Source: an uncultured Bacteroidales bacterium (GTDB taxonomy: Bacteria; Bacteroidota; Bacteroidia; Bacteroidales; JAAYJT01). Taken from it: a stretch of DNA of 64,000 bases. Position numbers and translations under genes: made by a program. The stretch is taken from NCBI GenBank assembly GCA_964349765.1, contig CAYGGZ010000010.1:1277-65276 (forward strand), read 5' to 3'. The notes under the pieces are model-generated. The model made no database searches. It saw only the letters and a list, made by a program, of their open reading frames with translations, and had not been told where the DNA came from. Below are positions 1 to 9,752 of this stretch, in pieces (the stretch's first letter is position 1; the number at the start of each line of letters is the position of its first letter).

Positions 1-1232
1 GTGAAAATAATTTTGGTGTTCTCTCCGGCGCGGGTGATAATAGTTTTAACCTCGTGGGGAGTAAGATTTTGGGCTTCATCAACAATAAAAAAAACATTAG
101 AGATGTTTCGGCCACGGATGTATGCCAAGGGCTGTATCAGTAGTTTTTCGGTTTCGAGCGCTTCGCTGATGGTTCTGTATTCCTTATCCTTCTCGCTAAA
201 CTGATTCTGGATGTATTTCAGGTTGTCGAAAAGAGGTTCCATGTAAGGATTCAATTTCGATTTGATATCGCCTGGCAGGTATCCTAAATCTTTATTGCTG
301 AGCGGCACAACAGGGCGGGAGAGATAAACCTGTTTGTAGTTTCGCTTCTGTTCGAGGGCGCTGGCAAGTGCAAGAAGCGTTTTCCCTGTTCCGGCAACGC
401 CTTGCAGAGTAACAAGTTTCACGTTTGGGTTTAGTAGGGCATGAAGTGCGAACACTTGCTCGGCATTACGCGGGACAATTCGGTAGGCCGGCCGTTTTTC
501 GACCCGTTCGATTTTTTCTGTGATTGGATTATAAAAAGCCAACGCCGAGGTTTTTGAGTTCCTGACAATGTAATAATGGTTAGCAACAGGCTTTATTCCA
601 ATCTGCTGAGGTTCGCAAAACCCATCGGAATAAAGAAGGTCTATCACGGCTTTATCAAGCCCTTCAACAACTGTTTTACCGGAATAAAGCCCTTCAACAT
701 CCAAAATCTTTCCTGTTTTGTAATCCTCGGCAGGGATATTAAGCGATTTGGCTTTCAAACGCAGGTTAATATCCTTTGAAACAAGAATCACCTTGCGATC
801 GGCGTATTCACGCTGCAATACCATGGCGGCATTCAGGATGCGATGATCGGGTTTGTTCTCATCAAAAATTTTTCTGGCATCCGTATGCATGCCTTCAATG
901 TTTTCGTTCATCACAACCTTAAAGCTGCCTTTGCCTGTTCCAAGTCTGACCCAATCCCGCAAAGTCTGGTTCGCAGAGAGTTTATCAATAATCCGTATAA
1001 ACTCACGAGCTTCGAAATTTATAATCTCATTTCCTTTCTTAAAGTCGTCAAGTTCTTCGAGAACCGTAATTGGGATCGCAACATCGTTGTCTTCGAAACT
1101 ATTAATAGAGTTGTGATTGTATAAAATCACCGAAGTGTCGAGTAGAAATATTTTTGACTGTTTTTCAACAACGATTACCTTGCTTTTTTGCCTTGTTTTG
1201 GGTTGTTTTACTGTAGTTTTTCTTTCTGACAT
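1..1232 (-). CDS. PIN-domain PhoH-like ATPase (YlaK-type); C-terminus lies outside the window
   Basis: The minus-strand reading starts at ATG 1232..1230 ([12 protein letters not shown]...). The N-terminal part is PIN-like ([15 protein letters not shown]...PITVLEELD). Walker A [13 protein letters not shown] is at about 401-363, and the PhoH signature [29 protein letters not shown] runs to position 1. It is absent from the ORF track because it runs off the edge. Confidence 0.9.
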   Translation of the reverse strand, partial: [410 protein letters not shown]

Positions 1233-1298
1233 CAATAGGAATGATTTATCTGTTACTGCTTTCGGGTTGGTTTGTGGATATAAGTATGAACTAAAGGT

Positions 1299-1814
1299 TC
1301 ATAGGTCATTGCAATTTTGAACTGTTCGTTTGAGCCGGGTCATATCATAACCCATCTCAGTGAGTTTCGTTGTAAGCTCACTAAAAAGATCTTCATTCAT
1401 AACGGGAGTGCGGCTCAAAATCCAAAGGTATTTGTCGCCTGATGATACAACCGACCATGAATAGTCCGCTGCAAGCATAATGATGTTGTAATCTCCCCTA
1501 AACGGCCAGAAAAATTGCACTTTGAGCCTGGTATTGTTGCTGCCAGGCACTGGAAAAGCCTTTCCTCTAACCTGAGAGAGCCTTCCATCACGGCGGCATC
1601 GGTTAATTACCCGGATATAATCCTTTCCAGTAATAAGATATTCTGCCGTAGTGCAGTAACACCCTCGCTGGAATGAGGCTGGAAATGAGCCTATCTCGTA
1701 CCAGAGCCCAGAATATCTTTCAAGGTTAACATTTCCAACCATGGTGGGCGAACTGCCAGATAAAGAGCAACCTGATAACATTATGCTAATGAATGAAATA
1801 AGTGTAATTTTCAC
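1299..1814 (-). CDS. blc: Bacterial lipocalin (outer-membrane lipoprotein Blc)
   Basis: 171 aa. Lipoprotein signal with lipobox (IMLSGC), the lipocalin motif RYSGLWYEI, and typical size. Confidence 0.85.
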   Translation of the reverse strand: MKITLISFISIMLSGCSLSGSSPTMVGNVNLERYSGLWYEIGSFPASFQRGCYCTTAEYLITGKDYIRVINRCRRDGRLSQVRGKAFPVPGSNNTRLKVQFFWPFRGDYNIIMLAADYSWSVVSSGDKYLWILSRTPVMNEDLFSELTTKLTEMGYDMTRLKRTVQNCNDL

Positions 1815-1910
1815 AAACAGTTTTTTTTGTAAAAGTAGTCAAAACATCTGAAGATTCAATCTCTACAGGTTGGTTTTCGATAAGAAAGTAGCGGCAAACT
1901 AAACCTGAAT

Positions 1911-2011
1911 GCAGATAAACTCAGATTAAGCAATTGACAATGCTTAATTGGGGTTACGCTCATGGAATCAATAGTTCAGCCCTAACTGACTTTCTATTGA
2001 TTAATTCGGGC
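1911..2011. repeat. Modular palindromic intergenic repeat, copy 1 (modules A+B)
   Basis: aaactcagattaagcaattgacaatgcttaa, followed by ctcatggaatcaatagttcagccctaactgactttctattgattaattcggg. Confidence 0.8.
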
Positions 2012-2142
2012 CTATCTGTAATGCTGCAAGATTGTATGTGGATAACTTCCTCTGAAAGTTTGAAACATTTTTTATTAAAGTTGTGTGCGAATCTATTAAA
2101 TAATTATGTAGGTTTGTGCTTCATTTATAACCTCTGATTTAT

Positions 2143-3819
2143 ATGTGCGAACCACACCTTTCAGAACCTGGAGCCGGTGTTATTAGAGGGAAAATTACTC
2201 TGTCGGGCAACCTTGTTGATGTTGTTAACCGCCGCATTTTTATCGGCGAAATAACTATTTCCGGTGGTAAAATTGAAAATATCGTAGCTGTTAGCCATGC
2301 CGATCCGGTTTTTATACTACCAGGACTTATTGATGCACACGTACATGTTGAAAGCAGCATGCTTGTACCCTCCGAATTTGCGCAGGCTGCAGTAATACAT
2401 GGTACTGTTGGAGTGGTAAGCGATCCTCATGAAATTGCAAATGTTTTGGGTAAGGCCGGGGTTCGTTTCATGATCAACAATGGCCAAAGAGTGCCATTTC
2501 GCTTTTGGTTTGGAGCGCCATCGTGCGTACCTGCCACAAGGTTTGAAACCGCCGGTGCCATTCTCGACTCAACTGATGTTGAAGAGATGCTCGACTGGCC
2601 CGAAGTACGGTATTTGTCTGAAATGATGAACTTTCCAGGTGTGATCTTCCACGATCCTGAAGTAATGGCGAAAATTAACTCAGCCATAAAAAGAAACAAG
2701 GTAATTGATGGACATTGCCCGGGTTTGCAAGGAGAGGAGCTTAAAAAATATTTCGCAGCAGGAATATCAACCGATCATGAATGTGTTACACTGGCAGAGG
2801 CTCGTGAAAAAGCCGCAATGGGTATGAAAATCCTGATCCGTGAAGGAAGCGCAGTAAAAAATTTTAATGATATCATCCCACTGCTGAACGAGTTCCCTGA
2901 ATTAGTCATGTTCTGTTCCGACGACAAACACCCCGACGATCTGTTAACGGGCCATATAAATCACCTGATTGCACGAGCTATTCGCGAAGGGTTTAACATT
3001 ATTGATACCATCAGGGCTTGTACATTGAACCCGATAAAACACTACGGCCTGGATTCGGGACTCCTTCAGGCAGGAGATCCGGCCGATTTAACCATTGTAG
3101 ATTCGCTCGAAACAATGAATGTGCGTGAAACCTGGATAAAAGGTGTTAAAGTTGCTGAATCAGGACGGAGTTTGATAAAACCTGTTGAAGTAATGGCTGT
3201 AAACAGATTTATAGCCAGCAAGGTATCGGCTGCCGATTTCAAGCTTTACGCTACCGGCAAGGAGGCTAATGTGATTGAAGTAGTTGATCAACAAATTATT
3301 ACAAAAAGGCTTATTGCACCAGTAACAACTATCGACAGCCAGGTTGTTTCGGATGTGGAATCGGATGTACTTAAGATTGCTGTGATAAACCGCTATCATG
3401 CCAGCCGCCCGTCAATAGGGCTGATTAAGGGCATAGGCTTAAAGATCGGCGCCATGGCTGGTACAATAGCCCACGACAGCCATAATATTATCGTTGTTGG
3501 CACCGATGATGAGTCAATGTGTATGGCTGTAAATAAACTGATTGAAATAGGTGGAGGCATTGCAGTTTCTGATCGCACTAATGTGTATGGTCTCCCTCTG
3601 CCGGTAGCAGGACTTATGTCAATTGAAAGCGCTTCAGAAGTTGCTCAAAGGTACAAATGGCTCGACAGCAAGGTTAAAGAGATGGGAAGCCCTCTTGCTT
3701 CTCCGCTTATGACGCTCTCGTTCATGGCATTGCTCGTGATCCCTGAACTCAAACTGAGCGATAAAGGATTGTTTGATGGAACTAAGTTTGAATTTGTTCC
3801 GCTGTTTTTACCAACATAA
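2143..3819 (+). CDS. ade: Adenine deaminase
   Basis: 558 aa. Amidohydrolase metal-binding motif LPGLIDAHVHVESSML, then GTVGVVSDPHEIANV and DGHCPG, as in Ade-family proteins. Confidence 0.85.
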   Translation: MCEPHLSEPGAGVIRGKITLSGNLVDVVNRRIFIGEITISGGKIENIVAVSHADPVFILPGLIDAHVHVESSMLVPSEFAQAAVIHGTVGVVSDPHEIANVLGKAGVRFMINNGQRVPFRFWFGAPSCVPATRFETAGAILDSTDVEEMLDWPEVRYLSEMMNFPGVIFHDPEVMAKINSAIKRNKVIDGHCPGLQGEELKKYFAAGISTDHECVTLAEAREKAAMGMKILIREGSAVKNFNDIIPLLNEFPELVMFCSDDKHPDDLLTGHINHLIARAIREGFNIIDTIRACTLNPIKHYGLDSGLLQAGDPADLTIVDSLETMNVRETWIKGVKVAESGRSLIKPVEVMAVNRFIASKVSAADFKLYATGKEANVIEVVDQQIITKRLIAPVTTIDSQVVSDVESDVLKIAVINRYHASRPSIGLIKGIGLKIGAMAGTIAHDSHNIIVVGTDDESMCMAVNKLIEIGGGIAVSDRTNVYGLPLPVAGLMSIESASEVAQRYKWLDSKVKEMGSPLASPLMTLSFMALLVIPELKLSDKGLFDGTKFEFVPLFLPT

Positions 3820-3877
3820 AAAATTAACAAATGAGCAAATAAATTTATATATTTATAGGCACCTTATGTATTTTTTG

Positions 3878-3885
3878 TATTTTTG
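3878..3885 (+). promoter_or_regulatory. -7 box (TAttTTTG) upstream of the ArsR-family gene
   Basis: tatttttg lies about 20 nt upstream of ATG 3906. Confidence 0.45.
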
Positions 3886-3905
3886 CACGTTTAAAACATT
3901 TTAAT

Positions 3906-4208
3906 ATGAAAACATTAGCAGAACTTGACGTAGTAAAATTAGAGGCAGCAGCCAGCAAGCTGCGTGCAATGGCGCATCCTATGCGCATAGCTATTATTGA
4001 TCTTCTGAAAGAAGAAAAGAAGATGAGTGTAACGCAGATCTATGAAAAGCTTAATCTCGAACAAGCTGCCACATCACATCATCTTAATATTATGAAAAGT
4101 AAGGGCGTTCTGGTATCGAAAAGAGATGGGAAAAAGATTTTCTACTCCTTGCGCAGCAAAGCCCTCACCGACATAATTTACTGTATTAACAAGTGTCATC
4201 ACGATTAG
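3906..4208 (+). CDS. ArsR/SmtB-family winged-helix transcriptional regulator
   Basis: 100 aa. LRAMAHPMRIAIIDLL...MSVTQIYEKLNLEQAATSHHLNIMKSKGVL is a typical ArsR HTH. Confidence 0.8.
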   Translation: MKTLAELDVVKLEAAASKLRAMAHPMRIAIIDLLKEEKKMSVTQIYEKLNLEQAATSHHLNIMKSKGVLVSKRDGKKIFYSLRSKALTDIIYCINKCHHD

Positions 4209-4261
4209 TCAGGATATCTGACAAGAAGGAATTATATCCTTTTTAGGCCTGTTAATTCATT

Positions 4262-4354
4262 AAACCCAGTTTAAGCATTGTCAAATGCATAAACTGGGTT
4301 ATACTCATGGAATCAATAATTCAGCCCTATCGGACTTTCTATTGATTAATTCGG
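4262..4354. repeat. Modular palindromic intergenic repeat, copy 2 (modules A+B)
   Basis: aacccagtttaagcattgtcaaatgcataaactgggtt forms an 11-bp outer plus 5-bp inner stem. It is followed by ctcatggaatcaataattcagccctatcggactttctattgattaattcggg. The copy lies between convergent genes. Confidence 0.8.
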
Positions 4355-4410
4355 GTCAAAATTGTTTGCTTGTTATGAAATTTGACAGGCGGGGTGGAAG
4401 TGGTATGTAA

Positions 4411-6270
4411 TCACTCTTTAGAGGCGGGCAGCTCAACAGGTTCTTCTATCTTCCAGTTTGCCCTTACCTCGATGCTTCTATGGTGATTATGCACTGCTTC
4501 GGGTTGCCGGCCTGCAAGATAAATGCCACTGTCCCATCGGCCGTTAGCGTTTCGGTCGTAGATAAACCGCAACTTATAAGTTCCTGGCAGCAAGAACGGG
4601 AACTCAACCAATTTGTCTTCCAAAGCTGCACTTGCAGAACTAAGAACCTTTTCCTGTGAGTCCATGAGATGAATAAGCAGTTTTCCTTCTGTAAGCCGAT
4701 GTGTTAGAGTAAGCTGTAAATGGCCATAATCCTCAAGAGAGCGAGTTGTAAAAACTACCTCTAGAGTGTCGTGGCTATGGCCATAGATGCCTGTAAATAC
4801 CGAGTCAGGTATAAAAATCGAATATTCTGTTGCACTCTGCCATGGAAATTCCACCTGTAGCCGTCGCCGGCTTTCCTCATCTGAAAACGATATAACCGGC
4901 ATTACCACTATTGAATCCTGCAGAAGTTTGATCATTCCCGAATCAATGGTTGCAATTGGTTCAGAGAAAAGGAATTCAACTGGTTTGTATAAATGAAAAA
5001 GGCCAGTTCTTGGTATATTTGGTACAATACCAAGCGACGGTTTGGGTTCTCCATCGCCACGTTCGAAAGTTTGGTTGTCAGGCTGCAATATTTCAATAAA
5101 GATCGTATCGGGTGTGTACTTATGACCCGATACTAATAGGTGAACAGAATCGGGCAATGGGAGAGGTAGCCAGCACCAGAGCGTATCACGGTTTCGACTC
5201 CATTCATCAATTCTCTCAAAATCACGCTTTGCCATAATATCGTAAATGCTGACAGAATCTACCGGTGTTCTGAAAGAAAACTCTATCCGGTTTGGATGCG
5301 CGTATGCTGCTCTTTCAATCCGCTGCACCGTGTCGGCCTCCATAAAAAGAAAAAGTTTCAATGGCAGCGTTTCGGCTGCTGCGATTTCATTAACAACCGT
5401 GTCGGTGTAATTCTGGTTGACAATTTGAGACAGCGTTTCAATTATCTGATTATCAGGTTTTAGAAGAGTGTCGTGCCCATGATCGCAGTTGGCGTGGATA
5501 TTTGATATGTGAACCGTATCTCCTGAAGAAAGTGATTCCTTATCAACTCGTTGCATCTCAGTTGGATATAGGAGCGTATCAAGAAAGGCTATCTCCTCAT
5601 TCGGAAGGTCGAACAACATATTGTTGTTTGCATCACGTAGGGCGAATATTTTATAGGGTATATTTCGCAGGTGTGTGAACCGAAAACTGCCATCCTCTCC
5701 GCTACGGGCAACGTAGTACGGCTGATGCTGATAAGGGATAGAGTCGTGATACTGATCGTAAAGCATGATCAGCACACCTTTTTCGGGCTGATGGCTGTAA
5801 GCATTGACAATTTTACCACTGATTTCCATTGAATCAAGTTGAGTGCCGGTCGAAAATACGTATCTGAACTCAGCTAAAGGGTTCGATTCCCTGAAATCCA
5901 CAATGGCGTTTCCAAAATAGAGTGTGTAGGTGGTATTGGGTTTCAGTTCTTCATCAATATTGATTTGCAGCGACTTTCCGCGTATTGTGATATCTGGCAT
6001 CTTAGCAAACGGTGGAGAGCTTAAAAACTGCTGGTGTAGTTCACGAAGAACCACAAATTCGTCAAACCAGATTCTGATATTCTCGGCATGGAAATTAACA
6101 GTTTCATTTTCAGGAACTGCCTGGATAATTACGGGGGGGGTGGTATCGCGGGGACCTCCTGTTGGGGCAACGGGATTGGCACACTGAACAGAAATCAGTG
6201 CGACCACAACCATGACTAACGACCGAAGCAACCATTGGAACGCCTGATTAAGAACCACCATTTCGCACAA
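4411..6270 (-). CDS. Ig-like domain-containing lipoprotein, function unknown
   Basis: 619 aa. Hydrophobic signal ending in Cys (ALISVQC), followed by PTGGPRDTTPPVI, which is typical of Bacteroidota SbsA/Big_5-type Ig-like proteins. The true start may be the internal M (MVVLNQ...). Confidence 0.6.
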   Translation of the reverse strand: MCEMVVLNQAFQWLLRSLVMVVVALISVQCANPVAPTGGPRDTTPPVIIQAVPENETVNFHAENIRIWFDEFVVLRELHQQFLSSPPFAKMPDITIRGKSLQINIDEELKPNTTYTLYFGNAIVDFRESNPLAEFRYVFSTGTQLDSMEISGKIVNAYSHQPEKGVLIMLYDQYHDSIPYQHQPYYVARSGEDGSFRFTHLRNIPYKIFALRDANNNMLFDLPNEEIAFLDTLLYPTEMQRVDKESLSSGDTVHISNIHANCDHGHDTLLKPDNQIIETLSQIVNQNYTDTVVNEIAAAETLPLKLFLFMEADTVQRIERAAYAHPNRIEFSFRTPVDSVSIYDIMAKRDFERIDEWSRNRDTLWCWLPLPLPDSVHLLVSGHKYTPDTIFIEILQPDNQTFERGDGEPKPSLGIVPNIPRTGLFHLYKPVEFLFSEPIATIDSGMIKLLQDSIVVMPVISFSDEESRRRLQVEFPWQSATEYSIFIPDSVFTGIYGHSHDTLEVVFTTRSLEDYGHLQLTLTHRLTEGKLLIHLMDSQEKVLSSASAALEDKLVEFPFLLPGTYKLRFIYDRNANGRWDSGIYLAGRQPEAVHNHHRSIEVRANWKIEEPVELPASKE

Positions 6271-6424
6271 TGTTATAATTTACTTGATAAGTAACTGCAA
6301 ACCTACTTGAAAAATTTTTACCTGTGCATATTTGCAGTGCGCAATTCCAAGTAGGTAACTGCGATATAATTCACTTTCTGCTATCTTTACCCTTGTTATT
6401 AAACAATTAAGAAGCCAATTAATT

Positions 6425-8368
6425 ATGAAACGCCTTTTCATTGTAATTCTTGCATGGCTTGCCGTAAGCTATGAAATCGGTTCGCAGGTAGCAGCGCCAG
6501 ATCTTGCACATAAAAGCTGTGCCTCTGCACGAATAGTGTCACACCACCGCTTAATGAACCATGCAAACATTTCGGGAGAGATGATTGATATTCACTACAA
6601 TCGTTTTGAGTGGCAGATTAATCCCGACACTTTGTTTATTAAAGGATCGGTTACATCATATTTTTACATGATAACAACCACTGATAGCATAAGCTTTGAT
6701 CTTTATTCCGGATTGATCGTAGATTCGATAATGCGCGGGTCGAACCGGATACTATTCCAACACGCCGACGATATCCTTGTCCTTTCGCTGGGAGATGTTG
6801 TGCCTGCAGGAACACGCGATTCTGTAACAATTTACTATCACGGTGTGCCTGCTTACGGAGCTGGGTTTGGTTCTTTTGTTCGTGCGAACCAACCCGATGG
6901 CGCTCCAATCATCTGGACCTTATCGCAACCCTTTGGCTGTTCCGACTGGTGGCCATGTAAAAACAGTCTTACAGATAAAATTGACAGTATTGACATTATC
7001 GTAACCACGCCATTGCCAAACCGCACTGCATCTCTTGGCTTGCTTGTTAGTGAGAAGGTTGAAAACGACCATCGATCTTCCCATTGGCGGCATCGCTATC
7101 CTATTATTCCTTATCTGGTTGCAATTGCAGTTACAGATTACGCAGTATATAGCGAATATATTCCCGTTGGAGTTGATCAGGTGAAAGTGTTGAACTATGT
7201 TTTTCCCGACCAACTGGGGCAAATCCGGTTGCAGACACCAGGATTGGCTCCGGTGATGCAACTTTTTTCGAATCTGTTAGGACCCTATCCATTTTTATCG
7301 GAAAAATATGGACACGCACAATTCAGCCGTGGGGGTGGAATGGAGCATCAGACAATGAGTTTCATGGGCAGCTTCGGACATGAACTGATGGCACATGAGC
7401 TTGCACACCAATGGTTCGGAAATAAAGTTACAACGGCCTCATGGGAAGAAATCTGGATAAACGAAGGGTTTGCCACTTATCTTACAGGCGTTACTTACGA
7501 GCATATGTTCGACGGGTACTTCTGGCCTTACTGGAAGCAACAGAATATAAGTTGGGTAACTTCTTTGCCAGGTGGTTCGGTGCGTGTTACCGACACTAAT
7601 TCGGTTTGGCGGATATTCGATTCGAGGTTGTCGTACAGCAAAGCGGCGCTTTTATTGCATATGCTGCGCTGGAAGGTTGGCGACGAGGTCTTCTGGCAAT
7701 CGCTCAGAACCATACTCACGCATCCAGCCCATGCATGGGGGTTTATAACCACCCACGATATTCGTGGCATATTCGAACAAGCTTCGCAACAGAATTTAGA
7801 ACAATTTATTCAACAATGGTACTATGGCGAAGGGTTTCCAACTTACAGTGTGAATTATCGTATTGTAGATGAAAACAATGGTGTGATCACATTAACGCAA
7901 ACTACCTCACATCCTTCGGTGGAGTTTTTTACTATGCCAGTTCCTTTGCTGTTGTCATCGGCAACAAGAGATACTCTTCTGGTATTTGACCATACTTACA
8001 GCGGCCAGGAGTTTGCTGTTGAACCCGGTTTTATTCCCGACACCATTCTTTTCGACCCCGAGCAGTGGATAATATCATCAGGAAATAAAACAGCTATCGG
8101 AATTGGTTCGCCTGAAACGCATCCTAAAATCAGAGTTTTTCCGAACCCGGCAACCACTTATCTGAACATCGAGGTGTCGGGAGCTATTGAAGAGGTGGCG
8201 TTCATAGCATCGGATGGCGTTATCGTACAAGCTCCAATGTCGGGAGCGCTTGAAAGCGGAAGGATTAGTGCCAACCTGCGGCACCTGAAGCCAGGTATAT
8301 ATCTGCTGCGGATCATCACAGAAGGAGAGTTGATTTACAGCAAGGTGCTGCTAATCGGGAAAGAATAG
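6425..8368 (+). CDS. M1-family zinc aminopeptidase with T9SS C-terminal sorting domain
   Basis: 647 aa. Signal peptide, GGMEH (a GAMEN variant), HELAHQWFGN...WINEGFATY (HEXXH-18-E), and a C-terminal VFPNPATTYLNIE...GIYLLRI Por_Secre_tail-like segment. Confidence 0.85.
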   Translation: MKRLFIVILAWLAVSYEIGSQVAAPDLAHKSCASARIVSHHRLMNHANISGEMIDIHYNRFEWQINPDTLFIKGSVTSYFYMITTTDSISFDLYSGLIVDSIMRGSNRILFQHADDILVLSLGDVVPAGTRDSVTIYYHGVPAYGAGFGSFVRANQPDGAPIIWTLSQPFGCSDWWPCKNSLTDKIDSIDIIVTTPLPNRTASLGLLVSEKVENDHRSSHWRHRYPIIPYLVAIAVTDYAVYSEYIPVGVDQVKVLNYVFPDQLGQIRLQTPGLAPVMQLFSNLLGPYPFLSEKYGHAQFSRGGGMEHQTMSFMGSFGHELMAHELAHQWFGNKVTTASWEEIWINEGFATYLTGVTYEHMFDGYFWPYWKQQNISWVTSLPGGSVRVTDTNSVWRIFDSRLSYSKAALLLHMLRWKVGDEVFWQSLRTILTHPAHAWGFITTHDIRGIFEQASQQNLEQFIQQWYYGEGFPTYSVNYRIVDENNGVITLTQTTSHPSVEFFTMPVPLLLSSATRDTLLVFDHTYSGQEFAVEPGFIPDTILFDPEQWIISSGNKTAIGIGSPETHPKIRVFPNPATTYLNIEVSGAIEEVAFIASDGVIVQAPMSGALESGRISANLRHLKPGIYLLRIITEGELIYSKVLLIGKE

Positions 8369-8818
8369 GAACTGGGGTTGATATAGCCGTCAAAAGATTA
8401 TAACTGATATAATACTACTTTAACAGGCGAGGCAAGAACATTCTCATATTTTATGGGCGTGCTCATCGCCAAGCCTACCCGGAATACTTCAGCTTGATGC
8501 TTTTATCTTGTGATAATATTAGAACCGTTTCAACATAAACGCCATGTTTGATGTGGAAGATATTGTAACTACATTGATGAAAATCAAGCTGATGTGTTTT
8601 ATGAACGTCGCTTTTCTTGCAACTTAACCTACGTAAACCAACTATTGTAATTCATCAGGCGTGATATGTGCTAACCAAAATATGAAGAAAATATATATTT
8701 CAGTTCCGCACAATAAAACTAATTTATGCAAATAATAATAGTCTTCGATTAGTATTCATATGACACTAATGGTTAAACGACACATCATAACGAAATGCAA
8801 GTAAATTGACCGGTTAAT

Positions 8819-9610
8819 TTAATGCACAACTTTAACTCTGATTTGTTTTGTTATGTCAAGTGCAGTAGTAATTGTGGATAGGTCAGTAAACAATTCACCG
8901 GTTTTTCCTGACCAATGGCTATGGCCTACAGGAAGCATTTTGTAATAATCCTGCAAATTGTTCAAGTCGATTTTAACTTTGTAAACAATTGCAGGTTGAC
9001 TTGAGGTCATGTAATGTTCATCACCGGGGTATCTATTGTTATGCCAGTGACGGTTCCAGTCCCACGACTGGTTTATCTCCATCACCAAATAAAAAACATC
9101 AGCAGCTTCATCTCTCAGCGTGGTACGCAATCTGAAGTTGCTCTTCGGGGTTGGGCCGGTAACAGCATCTGGCATTGCACTTTCCGCAGTAGGCAGGTAG
9201 AATCCGTCGTCGGCCCTTATCCCCCTTTTGTGCCCCCAATAAGGCAGTGCAGCCGGCCTTCGGGCGTTACCTGGCAGCCATCGGCCTGTTGAGGCGTCAC
9301 CGTAGCGGAAATAACCTTTAGCTATTGATTCGGCAACATAAACTGTGTGAATATAATTTCCTGTGGTATCCTCAATCCAAAATACCATAAGGGGGTGATT
9401 ATGTGATTTGCCTGCTTCAAATTCAATCACCAACCTCAGCCCTGTCTCACTATTCAGAGTTGTAAATTCCTCAAATGTTACTGGCGCCCTTTGCCGGTGC
9501 CATAATCTCTGAGACATGATCTGACTTGAGAAAAACAAGTTTATCCCAATCAGTAGAACTATGGCTATCATAGATTTTGATGTGTTAGCACTTTCATTCA
9601 TTTTGAGCAA
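8819..9610 (-). CDS. Hypothetical secreted protein downstream of a TonB-dependent receptor
   Basis: 263 aa with an N-terminal hydrophobic anchor (MIAIVLLIGINLFFSS). I recognise no motif. It is co-oriented 142 bp downstream of the receptor gene. Confidence 0.5.
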   Translation of the reverse strand: MLKMNESANTSKSMIAIVLLIGINLFFSSQIMSQRLWHRQRAPVTFEEFTTLNSETGLRLVIEFEAGKSHNHPLMVFWIEDTTGNYIHTVYVAESIAKGYFRYGDASTGRWLPGNARRPAALPYWGHKRGIRADDGFYLPTAESAMPDAVTGPTPKSNFRLRTTLRDEAADVFYLVMEINQSWDWNRHWHNNRYPGDEHYMTSSQPAIVYKVKIDLNNLQDYYKMLPVGHSHWSGKTGELFTDLSTITTALDITKQIRVKVVH

Positions 9611-9752
9611 ATTTCGTTAAAATTTTCATTTGAATGTTTTTCGTTGTCCATATCCGGCCGAACCCGAATGACTATAAAATAGTATTATTATTATTTGAAT
9701 ATGTTATCCCAGAGAGTATTATTTGATAATTATTCATTTTCATTGCATTAAT

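Noticed and set aside
576-1320. Small plus-strand ORFs at the window start (1..204, 576..779, 843..1124, 853..1116, 1117..1320).
   Set aside because: All but the last lie wholly antisense to the well-supported minus-strand PIN/PhoH gene. The last (1117..1320) overlaps its 5' end and runs into the gap before blc. The translations are low-complexity with no motifs.
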